In this document: one piece after another, positions 18,522 through 28,196 of the stretch
How positions within the stretch are numbered: the first letter of the stretch is position 1
Layout: every line of letters begins with the position of its first letter
From: Cyanobacterium sp. uoEpiScrs1
GTDB taxonomy: Bacteria; Cyanobacteriota; Cyanobacteriia; Cyanobacteriales; Microcystaceae
Direction of reading: 5' to 3'
DNA length: 32,000 nucleotides
Assembly (NCBI RefSeq): GCF_947331815.1
Contig: NZ_OX373462.1
Coordinates: 2,019,040 to 2,051,039, forward strand
Notes under the pieces: generated by a model
What the model saw: only the letters and a program-made list of their open reading frames with translations
Databases searched by the model: none
What the model was told of the DNA's origin: nothing
Translations under genes and position numbers: made by a program

Positions 18522-19073
18522 ATGCGAATTTATGGAAATCGGTCATTAACTACTTTACCTGGAAAATTGACGCGCCCTACATCTTCCAAAGTCAGAGAAG
18601 CTTTATTTAATATTTGGCAAGATTCAATTATCGAATGTCATTGGTTAGATTTATGTGCAGGAAATGGTTCAATGGGTGCAGAAGCCTTATGCCGTGGTGC
18701 AAAGGAAGTGATAGGGATTGAGATATATGGAAAAGCATGTAGCCTTATTAGGCAAAATTGGCAGAAATGTGCTGTAAAAAATCAAGAGTTCAAAGTTATT
18801 AAAGGTGATGTCCTTAAGGTACTAAAAACTCTAGAAGGACGTCAATTTAATCATATTTATTTTGATCCCCCTTATGCTAGTAAATTATACCAACCTGTTT
18901 TAGAAAAAATAGTAACTTATAAACTTTTAAGAAAAGATGGGGAAATTGCAGTAGAACATAATCCTAAATTATGGCAGGCAATAGAGATAAATGGGTTAAA
19001 AATTCGTCAAAAAAAAATATATGGTAATAACGCCATAACATTCTATGTATTTAAGCTATTTTATAATATATAA
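18522..19073 (+). CDS. rsmD: 16S rRNA (guanine(966)-N(2))-methyltransferase RsmD
   Basis: It has MRIYGN...TRPTSSKVREALFNIW, SAM-binding DLCAGNGSMG and the DPPY motif. The track ORF starts at TTG 18477; ATG 18522 fits the family N-terminus. Confidence 0.9.
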   Translation: MRIYGNRSLTTLPGKLTRPTSSKVREALFNIWQDSIIECHWLDLCAGNGSMGAEALCRGAKEVIGIEIYGKACSLIRQNWQKCAVKNQEFKVIKGDVLKVLKTLEGRQFNHIYFDPPYASKLYQPVLEKIVTYKLLRKDGEIAVEHNPKLWQAIEINGLKIRQKKIYGNNAITFYVFKLFYNI

Positions 19074-19807
19074 ATGTATTGGTATTAAATAAAAATTTAA
19101 GTTTAAACAAAAAAAGCTAATTTTTATTGTTAAAATCCTATAATTATCTTGTTAAAATTACAAATATACTGGTATTGTTAACTGTTCATAATTATTCTTT
19201 AGTTGTCGTTAATAAATATATTAAATGACCAATAAGTTAACCGTAAACAGTATTTGTGACAAAAAAACTTTCTAGCGATTTATTTTCATGATCATACTTG
19301 CCTAAGTATAAATCATAATAACTATTTATATAATAAAAATATGTTGACTATATTTAAACAGATAAAATAGCTTTATAAAAGCTGATTTTAGTTATAAATT
19401 TCAAATAATTTAACTTTTCTAGGATTCTACCATATGTTAACAAAAAACTTTAAATATAGTATCTAATTTGTTTTTGAATATTTAAGTTTATTGACTGTTT
19501 TTATTAGAATTAACATCTTATATTTACTATGTTATTTCAAGCTAATTTCTCTAATTATAAAAAGTCATCACAAAAAAATACTTAACTAAACTTAAAGCTT
19601 AAAATATTATAGTTATTTTATTTCCAATTAGTAATTCAAGTCAATATAAAATTACTTGTGTTTTAACTATAACTCTCATTTACCATCATTTGTAGTATTA
19701 ATAATAATCTATACTATGTCTAGCATAGTTTATTATTAATACTATCTTATATAATTCTTTGATTTTTAATTAAACTAATATCTGATATATTTATTTATTA
19801 ATAAAAA

Positions 19808-20062
19808 TTAAAAATCATCAGCTACATCATAATTTATTTTAGTTGAATATTTTGGTAGTTTCCATAATAGAATAGCTAATGATCCTAAAATTATCCCCCC
19901 CCCTACACAAAAAGATAATAAAACTCCAATTGGGAGTTTTATAGATTTAAAAATTAGAAATTTCAAATAAATCTCTGCAGTATTTTGAATAGAAAAAATA
20001 GCGATTATTATTAACCAAAAAGCGACTATTGTCATACTAATTAAATATGTAAAAGATTTCAT
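19808..20062 (-). CDS. small two-TM membrane protein, LapA-domain (DUF1049)-like
   Basis: 84 aa with two hydrophobic helices and the pattern FSIQNT...L.F......LPIGVLL typical of cyanobacterial LapA-domain proteins. It starts 57 bp downstream of recJ on the same strand. Confidence 0.55.
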   Translation of the reverse strand: MKSFTYLISMTIVAFWLIIIAIFSIQNTAEIYLKFLIFKSIKLPIGVLLSFCVGGGIILGSLAILLWKLPKYSTKINYDVADDF

Positions 20063-20119
20063 TATTTTATGCCTAATACTTGTCTAGATATACTATATTT
20101 TTTTGTTGATAGCAACAAT

Positions 20120-22462
20120 TTATTGGTATTTTTCTATGTATTTATTTTGAATACATTCGATAGAAATATTAGAAAAAAATTGATGCTGAAATCGTTCCTC
20201 TTCAATTACTTCCATAAATTCATTTACTTTTTGTTGAGCATCATTAGCAATTTTCTTTGTCCATCTAAATTTTAAATTTTCATTTATTTGATTACATTCA
20301 AATCCTAATTTAGATAGCATTTCTAATCCAAGCCTCATACTACCATTACTTAGTTCTAGTCCTGTCTTTATTTGTACTATATTAATAGTTTTACCAGTAC
20401 GACTATAGTATTTTGCAATCCCTAATAATTGTTGCCAGATTTGTAAATTATTGAGATATTTAGGTGAATTATAAGCAAGAGCAAGTTTAAATTTTTTTTG
20501 TGTAGTTTGATCATATATTTTCAATAATTCTTCCCAACTATTAGGAGGCTCTCGTAATATTTTAAGCTGGGTATTCATTTCTTGAGAATATTTTTTATCA
20601 CGCCAATCTAATAAGTAATTATAGTTACTATTATTATTATAAATTTTAGTGTCAGTTACATGATCTCTAATAGCAATCAATCTAATTTCATAACGTTTGC
20701 AGTAAGAATTAAAGTATAATTCAGCAATAATGTCTTGAGGTTTATTCAAAGGTAATTCATCCTTGTGATGTTCCCACCAAACTCCAGGAAACCCTTTTGG
20801 AGTGGAAGAATCATGGATTTCAAAAGTTGTTTTTATATACTGTATTTTTTTTCTTGTTATATCTTCAATATTTTTGTTCCAAATATTATTAAACCAGCAT
20901 TTTTTTAATAAAAGTTTAGGAATAGGATTACCTATGCCACAAGGTTCTAATAATTTTAGTTCTCGAAATAAATCCTGTCCTAGATCAATAACAGTAACAA
21001 TTAAATCTACTTCAATTGCTGTTTTTAAATAACTAATAGTGTTGATTTTTTGCCGCAATTGCTGATTAATACCTTCCTTAAATAAGGTTAAATTTTTTAA
21101 CGGTAAACTCAATCCCGCAGCAAAAGGATGTCCTCCAAAACGATGCAATAAATTTTGCTGAGAATTCAGTAATTCATATAAATCTATTTGCTTATTTGAA
21201 CGTGCTGAACCTCTAGCCATTTTGATGGCTTTAACTTGATTATTATCATTTGTTTCCGTTATGGTTAATAAAATTGTTGGACGATTATATTCTTGAGCAA
21301 TTTGTCCGGCAACTAATCCTAAAACTCCACTGTCCCATTGAGCATCTTCTAAAACAATAACTAGCACAGTTGATAGGTCAATTTGAGATAGCGTTTTTTT
21401 AACGTCTTTATAAACTCTTTGTTGTATCTCTTTTCGTCTTGTATTAGCTAATTCGGCCTTTAAAGCTAATTTACTACAAAGTTTTATGTCACGACTGGTT
21501 AATAAGTTGACTCCAAATTTAGCATCTCCATAAATACGACTGATAGCATTAATTCTGGGTCCAATACCAAAAGAAATATCAGTAGGGCGATCCCCGTTTC
21601 GCTTACATAATTCCAGTAATTTAGCAACCCCTGGGCGGGTATTAAATTGCTGTTGTCTTTGTAGATATTGAATACCTTTCTGTGCAAGATAACGACAGTC
21701 TCCTTTTAACTCAACTAAGTCAGCAATTAATCCAATAGCAACTAAATCTAGTAATTTTTCTAACGATTTTTGGGCTATATCAGGTAATTCTTGATAAAAT
21801 GCCTCTATTAATTTATAGGCTACTGCTACTCCTGATAAATGAAAGAGAGGATGATTAATATTGAGATAACGAGGGTTGATAATAGCAACAACAGGAGGAC
21901 GGTTATCTGGCAAAGTATGATGATCTGTGACAATAACATCGATACCTAATGTTTTAGCATAGTCAATTTCAGTCAGGTTGGTACTCCCTGTATCACATGT
22001 CACAATTAACTGAGTTCCTGATGTTGCCAAGTTCTTAATTCCTTGGTAATTTAGTCCGTGGGATTCTGTGATGCGATTAGGAATATAATAATCAAGTTGA
22101 GAGTAAGGAAGAAAAAATTGTCCTAGTCCTTCCCAAAGAACGCTAGTTGAGGTTATCCCGTCAGCATCAAAATCTCCCCATATAGTTACTTTTTCTTGAT
22201 TTTGATAAGCTGTTTTAAGGCGTTCAACTGCCCATTTCATTTCTTTTCCAAAAGCGAACGGACTAGTGGGATGATAAAAGTTAGTGTCAATGAAAGAAAT
22301 AAGTTGATCCTTGTTTTGAATTCCTCGTTGCCATAATATTTTAGCAACATGTCTTCCTTCGGAATTAGGAGTATAAGAGCTAACGATTTTTAGAAACCAT
22401 TGGGGAATTGAGAAAGAGGGTGGTGTTTGCCATGTAGATTGTAGTTTCTTCATTTTAAACAA
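20120..22462 (-). CDS. recJ: single-stranded-DNA-specific exonuclease RecJ
   Basis: 780 aa with the DHH-family motifs DFDADGITS, VTDHH and GGHPFAAG. It also has a long C-terminal extension rich in N, K, Y and I, as seen in cyanobacterial RecJ. Confidence 0.95.
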   Translation of the reverse strand: MFKMKKLQSTWQTPPSFSIPQWFLKIVSSYTPNSEGRHVAKILWQRGIQNKDQLISFIDTNFYHPTSPFAFGKEMKWAVERLKTAYQNQEKVTIWGDFDADGITSTSVLWEGLGQFFLPYSQLDYYIPNRITESHGLNYQGIKNLATSGTQLIVTCDTGSTNLTEIDYAKTLGIDVIVTDHHTLPDNRPPVVAIINPRYLNINHPLFHLSGVAVAYKLIEAFYQELPDIAQKSLEKLLDLVAIGLIADLVELKGDCRYLAQKGIQYLQRQQQFNTRPGVAKLLELCKRNGDRPTDISFGIGPRINAISRIYGDAKFGVNLLTSRDIKLCSKLALKAELANTRRKEIQQRVYKDVKKTLSQIDLSTVLVIVLEDAQWDSGVLGLVAGQIAQEYNRPTILLTITETNDNNQVKAIKMARGSARSNKQIDLYELLNSQQNLLHRFGGHPFAAGLSLPLKNLTLFKEGINQQLRQKINTISYLKTAIEVDLIVTVIDLGQDLFRELKLLEPCGIGNPIPKLLLKKCWFNNIWNKNIEDITRKKIQYIKTTFEIHDSSTPKGFPGVWWEHHKDELPLNKPQDIIAELYFNSYCKRYEIRLIAIRDHVTDTKIYNNNSNYNYLLDWRDKKYSQEMNTQLKILREPPNSWEELLKIYDQTTQKKFKLALAYNSPKYLNNLQIWQQLLGIAKYYSRTGKTINIVQIKTGLELSNGSMRLGLEMLSKLGFECNQINENLKFRWTKKIANDAQQKVNEFMEVIEEERFQHQFFSNISIECIQNKYIEKYQ

Positions 22463-23085
22463 AAATTAAATTCTTTAATATTTTAAGACTAATTTTTAGT
22501 TAAATAACTTTAAGCCTCATGGAATGAGATAAAATTAACCTTAGTATATTATTATTGTTCAACTGTCAGGCAATAATAGTTCAAGGAATAAATAAAAAGA
22601 TAGTAGAGATTAAAGCTATCTTATATAAGATATTTTCTTCAGCTAGTTTTCAAAAATACATAAAATAAAATCAATATAATCGAAACTTAATACTAGTACA
22701 AACTAATAAATGCAAAGAATTAAGAGAAAACATATTTCTTGATGATTGGTTTTTAAAATAAATAACTGCCTATTTTTGCAGAGAAAGTAAATCTTGTTTG
22801 GCTATTTTTATTTAAAGTTACCTACTACAGATTTAGTAACAAAGATAAGTTTATAAATTGAATATATCGCTATTGAGTAGTCAAAGTTTTTTTAAGCACT
22901 TAGGTTAAGCTGTTTATTAATTTTAGTTACCTCTGATAATTTAATCTATTTGAGTACGGCTCTAAATCCTGTAACTGTTATCAAAATTTAACTTATAAAA
23001 ATTATCAAGCCTTCATCACCACTTTCCAAGTCCTAAGGTACGATGAATAGGTAATGAAAAACAATATTAGCTCCATTACCTGTAA

Positions 23086-23151
23086 TTGACATCAATAAAA
23101 CTTTCTAACTGTGTTCTTATCAAACAAAATAACTAATTTTATTGATGTCAA
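23086..23151. repeat. perfect 15-bp inverted repeat with a 36-nt spacer (possible RNA stem-loop or miniature element)
   Basis: TTGACATCAATAAAA at 23086-23100 is the exact reverse complement of TTTTATTGATGTCAA at 23137-23151. This was read directly from the sequence. Confidence 0.9.
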
Positions 23152-23887
23152 AATCAAGAAAAACTACCGTAGATCTAAAATTAATGCGTCATAGTAGGCT
23201 TGTGCAGATACTTTAACCATTAGATCTATATTTAATGGAGAAAAACCTAATATTTTTAAGGGATATTGTAAAAAAATTCTTAACTCCAAAACGAAGGAAA
23301 ATAATCTATTTCGCAGAAAAATTAACAACATATTATGTTGAGTGTTGCATTCTACAGTTTACGTATTCAACCGGGTTGTCCCCATACTAGTAAATAGTAA
23401 GGTATAACAGAGACAATTAAAAATAACTATAGATAAAATGCAGTAAGCTAAATAATGAGAGAGTTTTATAAAAAATCCATGGAGATTATTTATTTTAAAA
23501 AACGAGAATATATACAAATAAAAAATATATTTTAGTGATTAAAAATATATTTTAAAGATCTAATTTTGTCAAAAGAGTTTATTGTTTCTCATTAATTTTT
23601 TGTATACGTATCCATAATAATAAAGTAACTATGCTTTATAGTACATAATAATTTTGTTAACAAACTATATACTTGGGAAATAATTTTAAAATTAGTTATA
23701 GTATTGTCGATATTTTTTCTAGACATCAAGAAATAACAATAAGGAATAAAATAATTTATTTACTATAAAAACAATTTTTAATCTAGGACAACTAATATTA
23801 AATATCATAATAATATAGCTAAATAATCTATGTTTAAGTAAGTTAGAAGTAAATTTTATTCTTTTTTTTATCTAAATATTTATGATT

Positions 23888-25633
23888 TTAATTGTACACT
23901 TCCTCTAATTGATGTTGATCCCAAAGAGACTTATACAATCCTGATTGTTGCAATAAGGTTTCATGAGTTCCCCTCTGAACAATTTTTCCTTTATCCATTA
24001 CTAAAATACAATCCGCTTGTGCTGCAGCTGACAAATGATGAGAAATAAAAATAACGGTTTTACCCTGTTTCTTAGAAAGACTATCTAAAATTTGGGTTGC
24101 AGTTTTATTATCAACACTTGATAGAGCATCGTCTAAGATTAATATCGAAGCGTCCATTAATAAAGCTCTAGCTAGAGCAGTACGTTGTCGTTGACCACCT
24201 GAAAGGGTAATTCCTCTCTCCCCAACGATAGTGTCGTACTTTTGGGGAAAGTTCATGATTTCTTGATGAATATGACTTTGTTTTGCTGCCCATTCTACCT
24301 TAGATCGGTCCTTAAAATGGTCTCCGTAACGAATATTATTTTCAATGGAAGTATTAAATAAAAAGCTATCTTGAGGAACATAGGCAATTGCTCCCCGTAA
24401 TTGAGCTAAAGGTAACTCAGTAACATCATGATCATCTAAAAATAATTGTCCTGGGGTAATTTCGAGTAAACGGGGCAAGGTATTTGCGAAGGTAGATTTC
24501 CCACAACCAATTGGACCAACAATGGCTATTGTTTCTCCAGAATTAATTGTTACATTGACTTTGTTCAAAGCTGGAGTCTTGGACCCAGGGTAAGTATAAC
24601 TGAGGTCAAGGGCAACTAGTTTCCCCTTAATTTCTGATGAAGAGATAGATTTAAGTTGATCTTGATCACGTACTCTTGGTTTTACTTGAAAGATAGACTC
24701 TATCCTATCAATACTCACTTCCCCCCTTTGATAAATAGTAATGGTAAATCCTAGTAAAGTTGTGGGAAAAACTAACTGTTCTACTAGAATGAATAGGGCA
24801 ATAAAATCTCCAATGCTGATATTTCCTTCAGTAATTGCTTTAGCCCCAAAAATTAATAGTAATAATAGACTGATATATGATAGTCCCTCAATGAGAGGAA
24901 AGAGAAAATTACGAATTTGAGCTAATTTTAAGTTAGCTCTCAATAGTTTGTTATTCAGGTAGTCAAAAGTACGAGTTTCGTTAGCTTCTTGGGCATAAAT
25001 TTTAATTAAAGCCATACCCCCAATATCTTCTTGGATTAATTCACTGATCTCAGACAATCCTTCTTGTACATTAAACTGTTGACCTTGCAATCGTTCACTA
25101 AAAATCTTTACTGTAAATATTATCATTGGATAAATAGAAATAGCCAATAAACTCAAGGGAATGTGAATTGCCAACATCGCTGGAAGAGTCAGGGCGTAAG
25201 CAAAAACTATATTAATTAAGCTCAACACTGCAAAGCCAACTAAACGGCGAATATTATCTACATCGCTAGTAGCACGGCTAATCAAATCACCGCAGGTATT
25301 AGTAGAAAAATAGGCAGGTTCTAAAGTAAGTAGATGCTCAAATATTCTTTGTTTTAGGTTAAATTCTACTTGGCGACCCACCCCAAAAATTATAAGGCGT
25401 GAAATCATGCGAATTCCCCACATGATAGTCGCCAGTACTAAAATCAAAATAACATATGACAAAACTTGATTAAAACTAAATGCTTGACGCAAATCGTCAA
25501 TAATATCTCTAATTAGTAAAGGAATATAAACCCCTAGAGCATTAACAACAAATAATGTACCCGTTCCCAATAAAACTTGTTTCCAGTGAGGATATAAATA
25601 TCGACCTAGTCGTCGAAGTCGTGAAGTTCTCAT
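23888..25633 (-). CDS. ABC exporter, fused permease/ATPase half-transporter (MsbA-like type I exporter)
   Basis: 581 aa. The N-terminal part is a six-helix transmembrane domain. The C-terminal part is a nucleotide-binding domain with Walker A (GPIGCGKST), the signature LSGGQRQR and Walker B (ILILDD). Confidence 0.9.
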   Translation of the reverse strand: MRTSRLRRLGRYLYPHWKQVLLGTGTLFVVNALGVYIPLLIRDIIDDLRQAFSFNQVLSYVILILVLATIMWGIRMISRLIIFGVGRQVEFNLKQRIFEHLLTLEPAYFSTNTCGDLISRATSDVDNIRRLVGFAVLSLINIVFAYALTLPAMLAIHIPLSLLAISIYPMIIFTVKIFSERLQGQQFNVQEGLSEISELIQEDIGGMALIKIYAQEANETRTFDYLNNKLLRANLKLAQIRNFLFPLIEGLSYISLLLLLIFGAKAITEGNISIGDFIALFILVEQLVFPTTLLGFTITIYQRGEVSIDRIESIFQVKPRVRDQDQLKSISSSEIKGKLVALDLSYTYPGSKTPALNKVNVTINSGETIAIVGPIGCGKSTFANTLPRLLEITPGQLFLDDHDVTELPLAQLRGAIAYVPQDSFLFNTSIENNIRYGDHFKDRSKVEWAAKQSHIHQEIMNFPQKYDTIVGERGITLSGGQRQRTALARALLMDASILILDDALSSVDNKTATQILDSLSKKQGKTVIFISHHLSAAAQADCILVMDKGKIVQRGTHETLLQQSGLYKSLWDQHQLEEVYN

Positions 25634-25741
25634 CTGCTTATCTTTAAATCCCTCTTTTATATGATTTGTGAGAAGTTTTCTAGAATCCTCTGTATAACTA
25701 TTTCATAGCAAAACCAACCGATTAAACTTATGAAAATTGAT

Positions 25742-25770
25742 AAAAAAGTTATTCTTATAATAAGAATAAC
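25742..25770 (-). terminator. rho-independent terminator of the 28196-25868 operon
   Basis: On the minus strand the sequence reads GTTATTCTTAT-T-ATAAGAATAAC, with perfect 11-nt arms at 25748-25770. TTTTTTATCAATTTT follows immediately. It begins 98 nt after the stop of the DUF3531-like gene. The stem is AU-rich, with only 2 G-C pairs. Confidence 0.55.
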
Positions 25771-25867
25771 AACAACATTCATATAGTTTTTTGATTTCAA
25801 ACCTTCAATAAGTCTACGGTTTAAAAAATGTTATTGACTTTTAATAAAAAAGGATAAATTATAAAAT

Positions 25868-26314
25868 TCAGTTTGCAGTAAACATTGATTGACTTTTATC
25901 ATCAACTCTCCAGTTTTCATTTTCACCACCAACAATTAACCGATTAATAGTGACATATTCTCTACTTAATTGCTCTAAAGCATTAATCAGGATATCTAAA
26001 GCAATTAAATCACTGGTTCCCAAATCAAACCAACAACGGCCCCAAACTTCTTTATATTGAAATTCGGTCATATTATGCATAGGAGACATCATAACATTGT
26101 CAACTATACTCGTTTCATATTCCATGTAACTTACATCAACTCCCTGGTCTTGTACTTGTAAGTTTTCTGCATTAAATGCTCCTAATTTACCTAAATAAAA
26201 CCAGGAATCAAAGACTTCCTCTATATACTGCCGTTCCATGGATGAAGGAGTAGTTTTAAACTCTAACCAAATCCATAGATCAAAAGGATTAAACTCTCGA
26301 AATTCAATTTTCAT
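25868..26314 (-). CDS. conserved cyanobacterial/plastid-lineage protein of unknown function (DUF3531-like)
   Basis: 148-aa acidic soluble ORF beginning MKIEFREFNPFDLWIWLEF...SWFYLGKLGAFNA. The family name is from memory and should be confirmed by HMM search. Confidence 0.6.
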   Translation of the reverse strand: MKIEFREFNPFDLWIWLEFKTTPSSMERQYIEEVFDSWFYLGKLGAFNAENLQVQDQGVDVSYMEYETSIVDNVMMSPMHNMTEFQYKEVWGRCWFDLGTSDLIALDILINALEQLSREYVTINRLIVGGENENWRVDDKSQSMFTAN

Positions 26315-26332
26315 TTTTAAGTGTATTAACTA

Positions 26333-26902
26333 TTAGTTAGAGGGCAGTCTCTCCGACTTACCAATTTTCCACAAGCCACTAGATACTACATTAGTAATGA
26401 TATGAGCTACAATAGGGATTGCTAAATTCCCAGTCGACAAAGCACTATAACCTAATGCCAGTCCCACTACTGTTGCCCAAACTACATACGGCCACTGTTG
26501 TGTTCCACTTGAATGAAGTACTCCAAAAATAATACTTGAGATAATCAATGCCGGTAAATTTGCTCCAAGTGCCGGTAACATTACTCCACGAAACAAGAGT
26601 TCTTCACTTAATCCCGGGAGTAATCCTAACCAAATTAAATCTGGCCAAATTAATGGTTTAATTACCAATTTGAAGTAGATATCTGCACTTTGACGATACG
26701 ATGGCCAAAGACGATAAAGAATCATACTGGCAATAATAATCCCCACTGCTACTCCCAAACCACCTAAAAGAGCATTGGAGGTTAATTGTACACCTAGTAG
26801 AGTAACGGACCATACTTTTTGTAAAACTTTAGCAATAATCAAGAGAATAACAGACGTTACCCCTATTACTGCTAAAATTTGCTCACGAGTTAACAGTTCC
26901 AT
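26333..26902 (-). CDS. CPBP-family intramembrane glutamic endopeptidase (CAAX protease/Abi-like)
   Basis: A polytopic protein with the three CPBP motifs SEELLFRG (EExxxR), FGVLH (FxxxH) and HIITN (HxxxN). I place the start at ATG 26902, 16 nt after the upstream stop. The track ORF (to 27010) would overlap the upstream gene by 92 nt. Confidence 0.85.
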   Translation of the reverse strand: MELLTREQILAVIGVTSVILLIIAKVLQKVWSVTLLGVQLTSNALLGGLGVAVGIIIASMILYRLWPSYRQSADIYFKLVIKPLIWPDLIWLGLLPGLSEELLFRGVMLPALGANLPALIISSIIFGVLHSSGTQQWPYVVWATVVGLALGYSALSTGNLAIPIVAHIITNVVSSGLWKIGKSERLPSN

Positions 26903-26918
26903 ATCAGACAAATTGGGA

Positions 26919-28004
26919 TCAGTCACAAATTTTAGAGAAACAATTAAGGGATGGGACAGTAGAATGCAAGGCACTAATACTGATTCCAGCACGATGAGCG
27001 ACCAAAACACCTAGTGCCTCTAAATATGAGTTTACCTTAATCGCTTGAATTCCGAGAGACTCTGGAGTAACTTGCAATTGGGTTTGATTCTCTGTGACTG
27101 TAATAATACAGGTATTGTGTTGACTAAAACTAAGAACAGCACTTCCTCCACAAGCAGTATCTGGAATAATGACTGCATCGACCTGATTTGCCCAAATTCC
27201 ATATTCCACAGGTATTGAGGTAAAATCTATTCCCCCTTTGTGAACAAATCGAGGTGCACGACTCAACCCCACTAAAACACAAGGTAAAAAAGTATAACCA
27301 AGTTCTTCCGCTGCAGCACGGGGAGAAAGATTAGGCTCAAGAGGTAAAGGACTTAAAGCAGGTGCATGAGCGGCCGGAATACCAAACTGACGAACAATTA
27401 GGTGAGAAATAACTGCTTCTGCTCCCGCTACAGGGTCAACTCCTTGACCATGACGGTAGTTATCTAAAGCCAAACTGTCAATGTCATCAGGAAAACGAGC
27501 AACAATTGCGATTGCTTGAACTTTAGCTTGGGTAATTAATTTCTCTGCTGCTCTGAGCAAACTATCTGGGTTGCCGATAGTTCCCCAACTTGTTCCGGAA
27601 GTAGCAGTATGTAGTTCAACATTGAGAGAGGTATCTGTGAGTATGTAATCGGTTATGTCTAACCCTAAAGTAGCTCTAGTGGCATCAACAGCTTGTAAAT
27701 GACGTATTTGTAATTCCTGCTCAATACCTTTATCTAAAATCAAACCAACTCGATTTTGATGAACTGCTTGCAGTCCCCAATCTCCTTGCGCGAAACGATC
27801 AAGTCCATAGCCTTCAACATAAAAGATGTTGGGATGATTCCAATAAAGTTGTGCTCCATTGAGAACATTGGGATGTGTGATTAGTAGGTCACACACTTGG
27901 GAAACAGCCCGGGCAATAGGAAGAGCGTCTCCCGCATACCCTCCAATAGTAGCCCCAATTCCGGTGGGAACAATTAAGACGACGGTATAAGGAGAATGAA
28001 TCAC
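26919..28004 (-). CDS. conserved cyanobacterial/plastid-lineage protein of unknown function (DUF3326-like)
   Basis: 361-aa soluble ORF. The N-terminus VVLIVPTGIGATIGGYAGDALPIA looks like a glycine-rich loop after a beta-strand. The family name is from memory and was not verified. Confidence 0.6.
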   Translation of the reverse strand: MIHSPYTVVLIVPTGIGATIGGYAGDALPIARAVSQVCDLLITHPNVLNGAQLYWNHPNIFYVEGYGLDRFAQGDWGLQAVHQNRVGLILDKGIEQELQIRHLQAVDATRATLGLDITDYILTDTSLNVELHTATSGTSWGTIGNPDSLLRAAEKLITQAKVQAIAIVARFPDDIDSLALDNYRHGQGVDPVAGAEAVISHLIVRQFGIPAAHAPALSPLPLEPNLSPRAAAEELGYTFLPCVLVGLSRAPRFVHKGGIDFTSIPVEYGIWANQVDAVIIPDTACGGSAVLSFSQHNTCIITVTENQTQLQVTPESLGIQAIKVNSYLEALGVLVAHRAGISISALHSTVPSLNCFSKICD

Positions 28005-28025
28005 TATGGTGAATTTTACTGATTA

Positions 28026-28196
28026 CTATTTTGTAACAATTCCCTCTACATAAACGGTTTGTTTTTCAGTGTCTACTTCAGTAATTGCCCAGCGAAGAGG
28101 TTCTCCTTGTTTTTCAAGTACAGCTTCAATCTCTTTTTGTAACCTTAACGGATTCTCTTGAAGGCTGACTTCGGTGGTAATGAAATGGGTTGTCAT
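28026..28196 (-). CDS. small hypothetical protein (56 aa), not in the supplied ORF track
   Basis: My translation is MTTHFITTEVSLQENPLRLQKEIEAVLEKQGEPLRWAITEVDTEKQTVYVEGIVTK. Its base composition matches the neighbouring genes rather than the spacers. Its stop lies 21 nt upstream of the next gene's ATG on the same strand. The pattern PLRWAIT.VD resembles small conserved cyanobacterial proteins as I remember them. Confidence 0.5.
   Translation of the reverse strand: MTTHFITTEVSLQENPLRLQKEIEAVLEKQGEPLRWAITEVDTEKQTVYVEGIVTK

Noticed and set aside
19698-19740. An imperfect A+T-only inverted repeat (ATTAATAATAA...CTATG TCTAG CATAG...TTATTATTAAT) lies about 70 bp downstream of the LapA-like gene. 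I considered it as a terminator.
   Set aside because: The stem is almost entirely A-T with an internal 6-nt asymmetry, and no U-tract follows on the minus strand. It cannot be distinguished from chance structure in this spacer.
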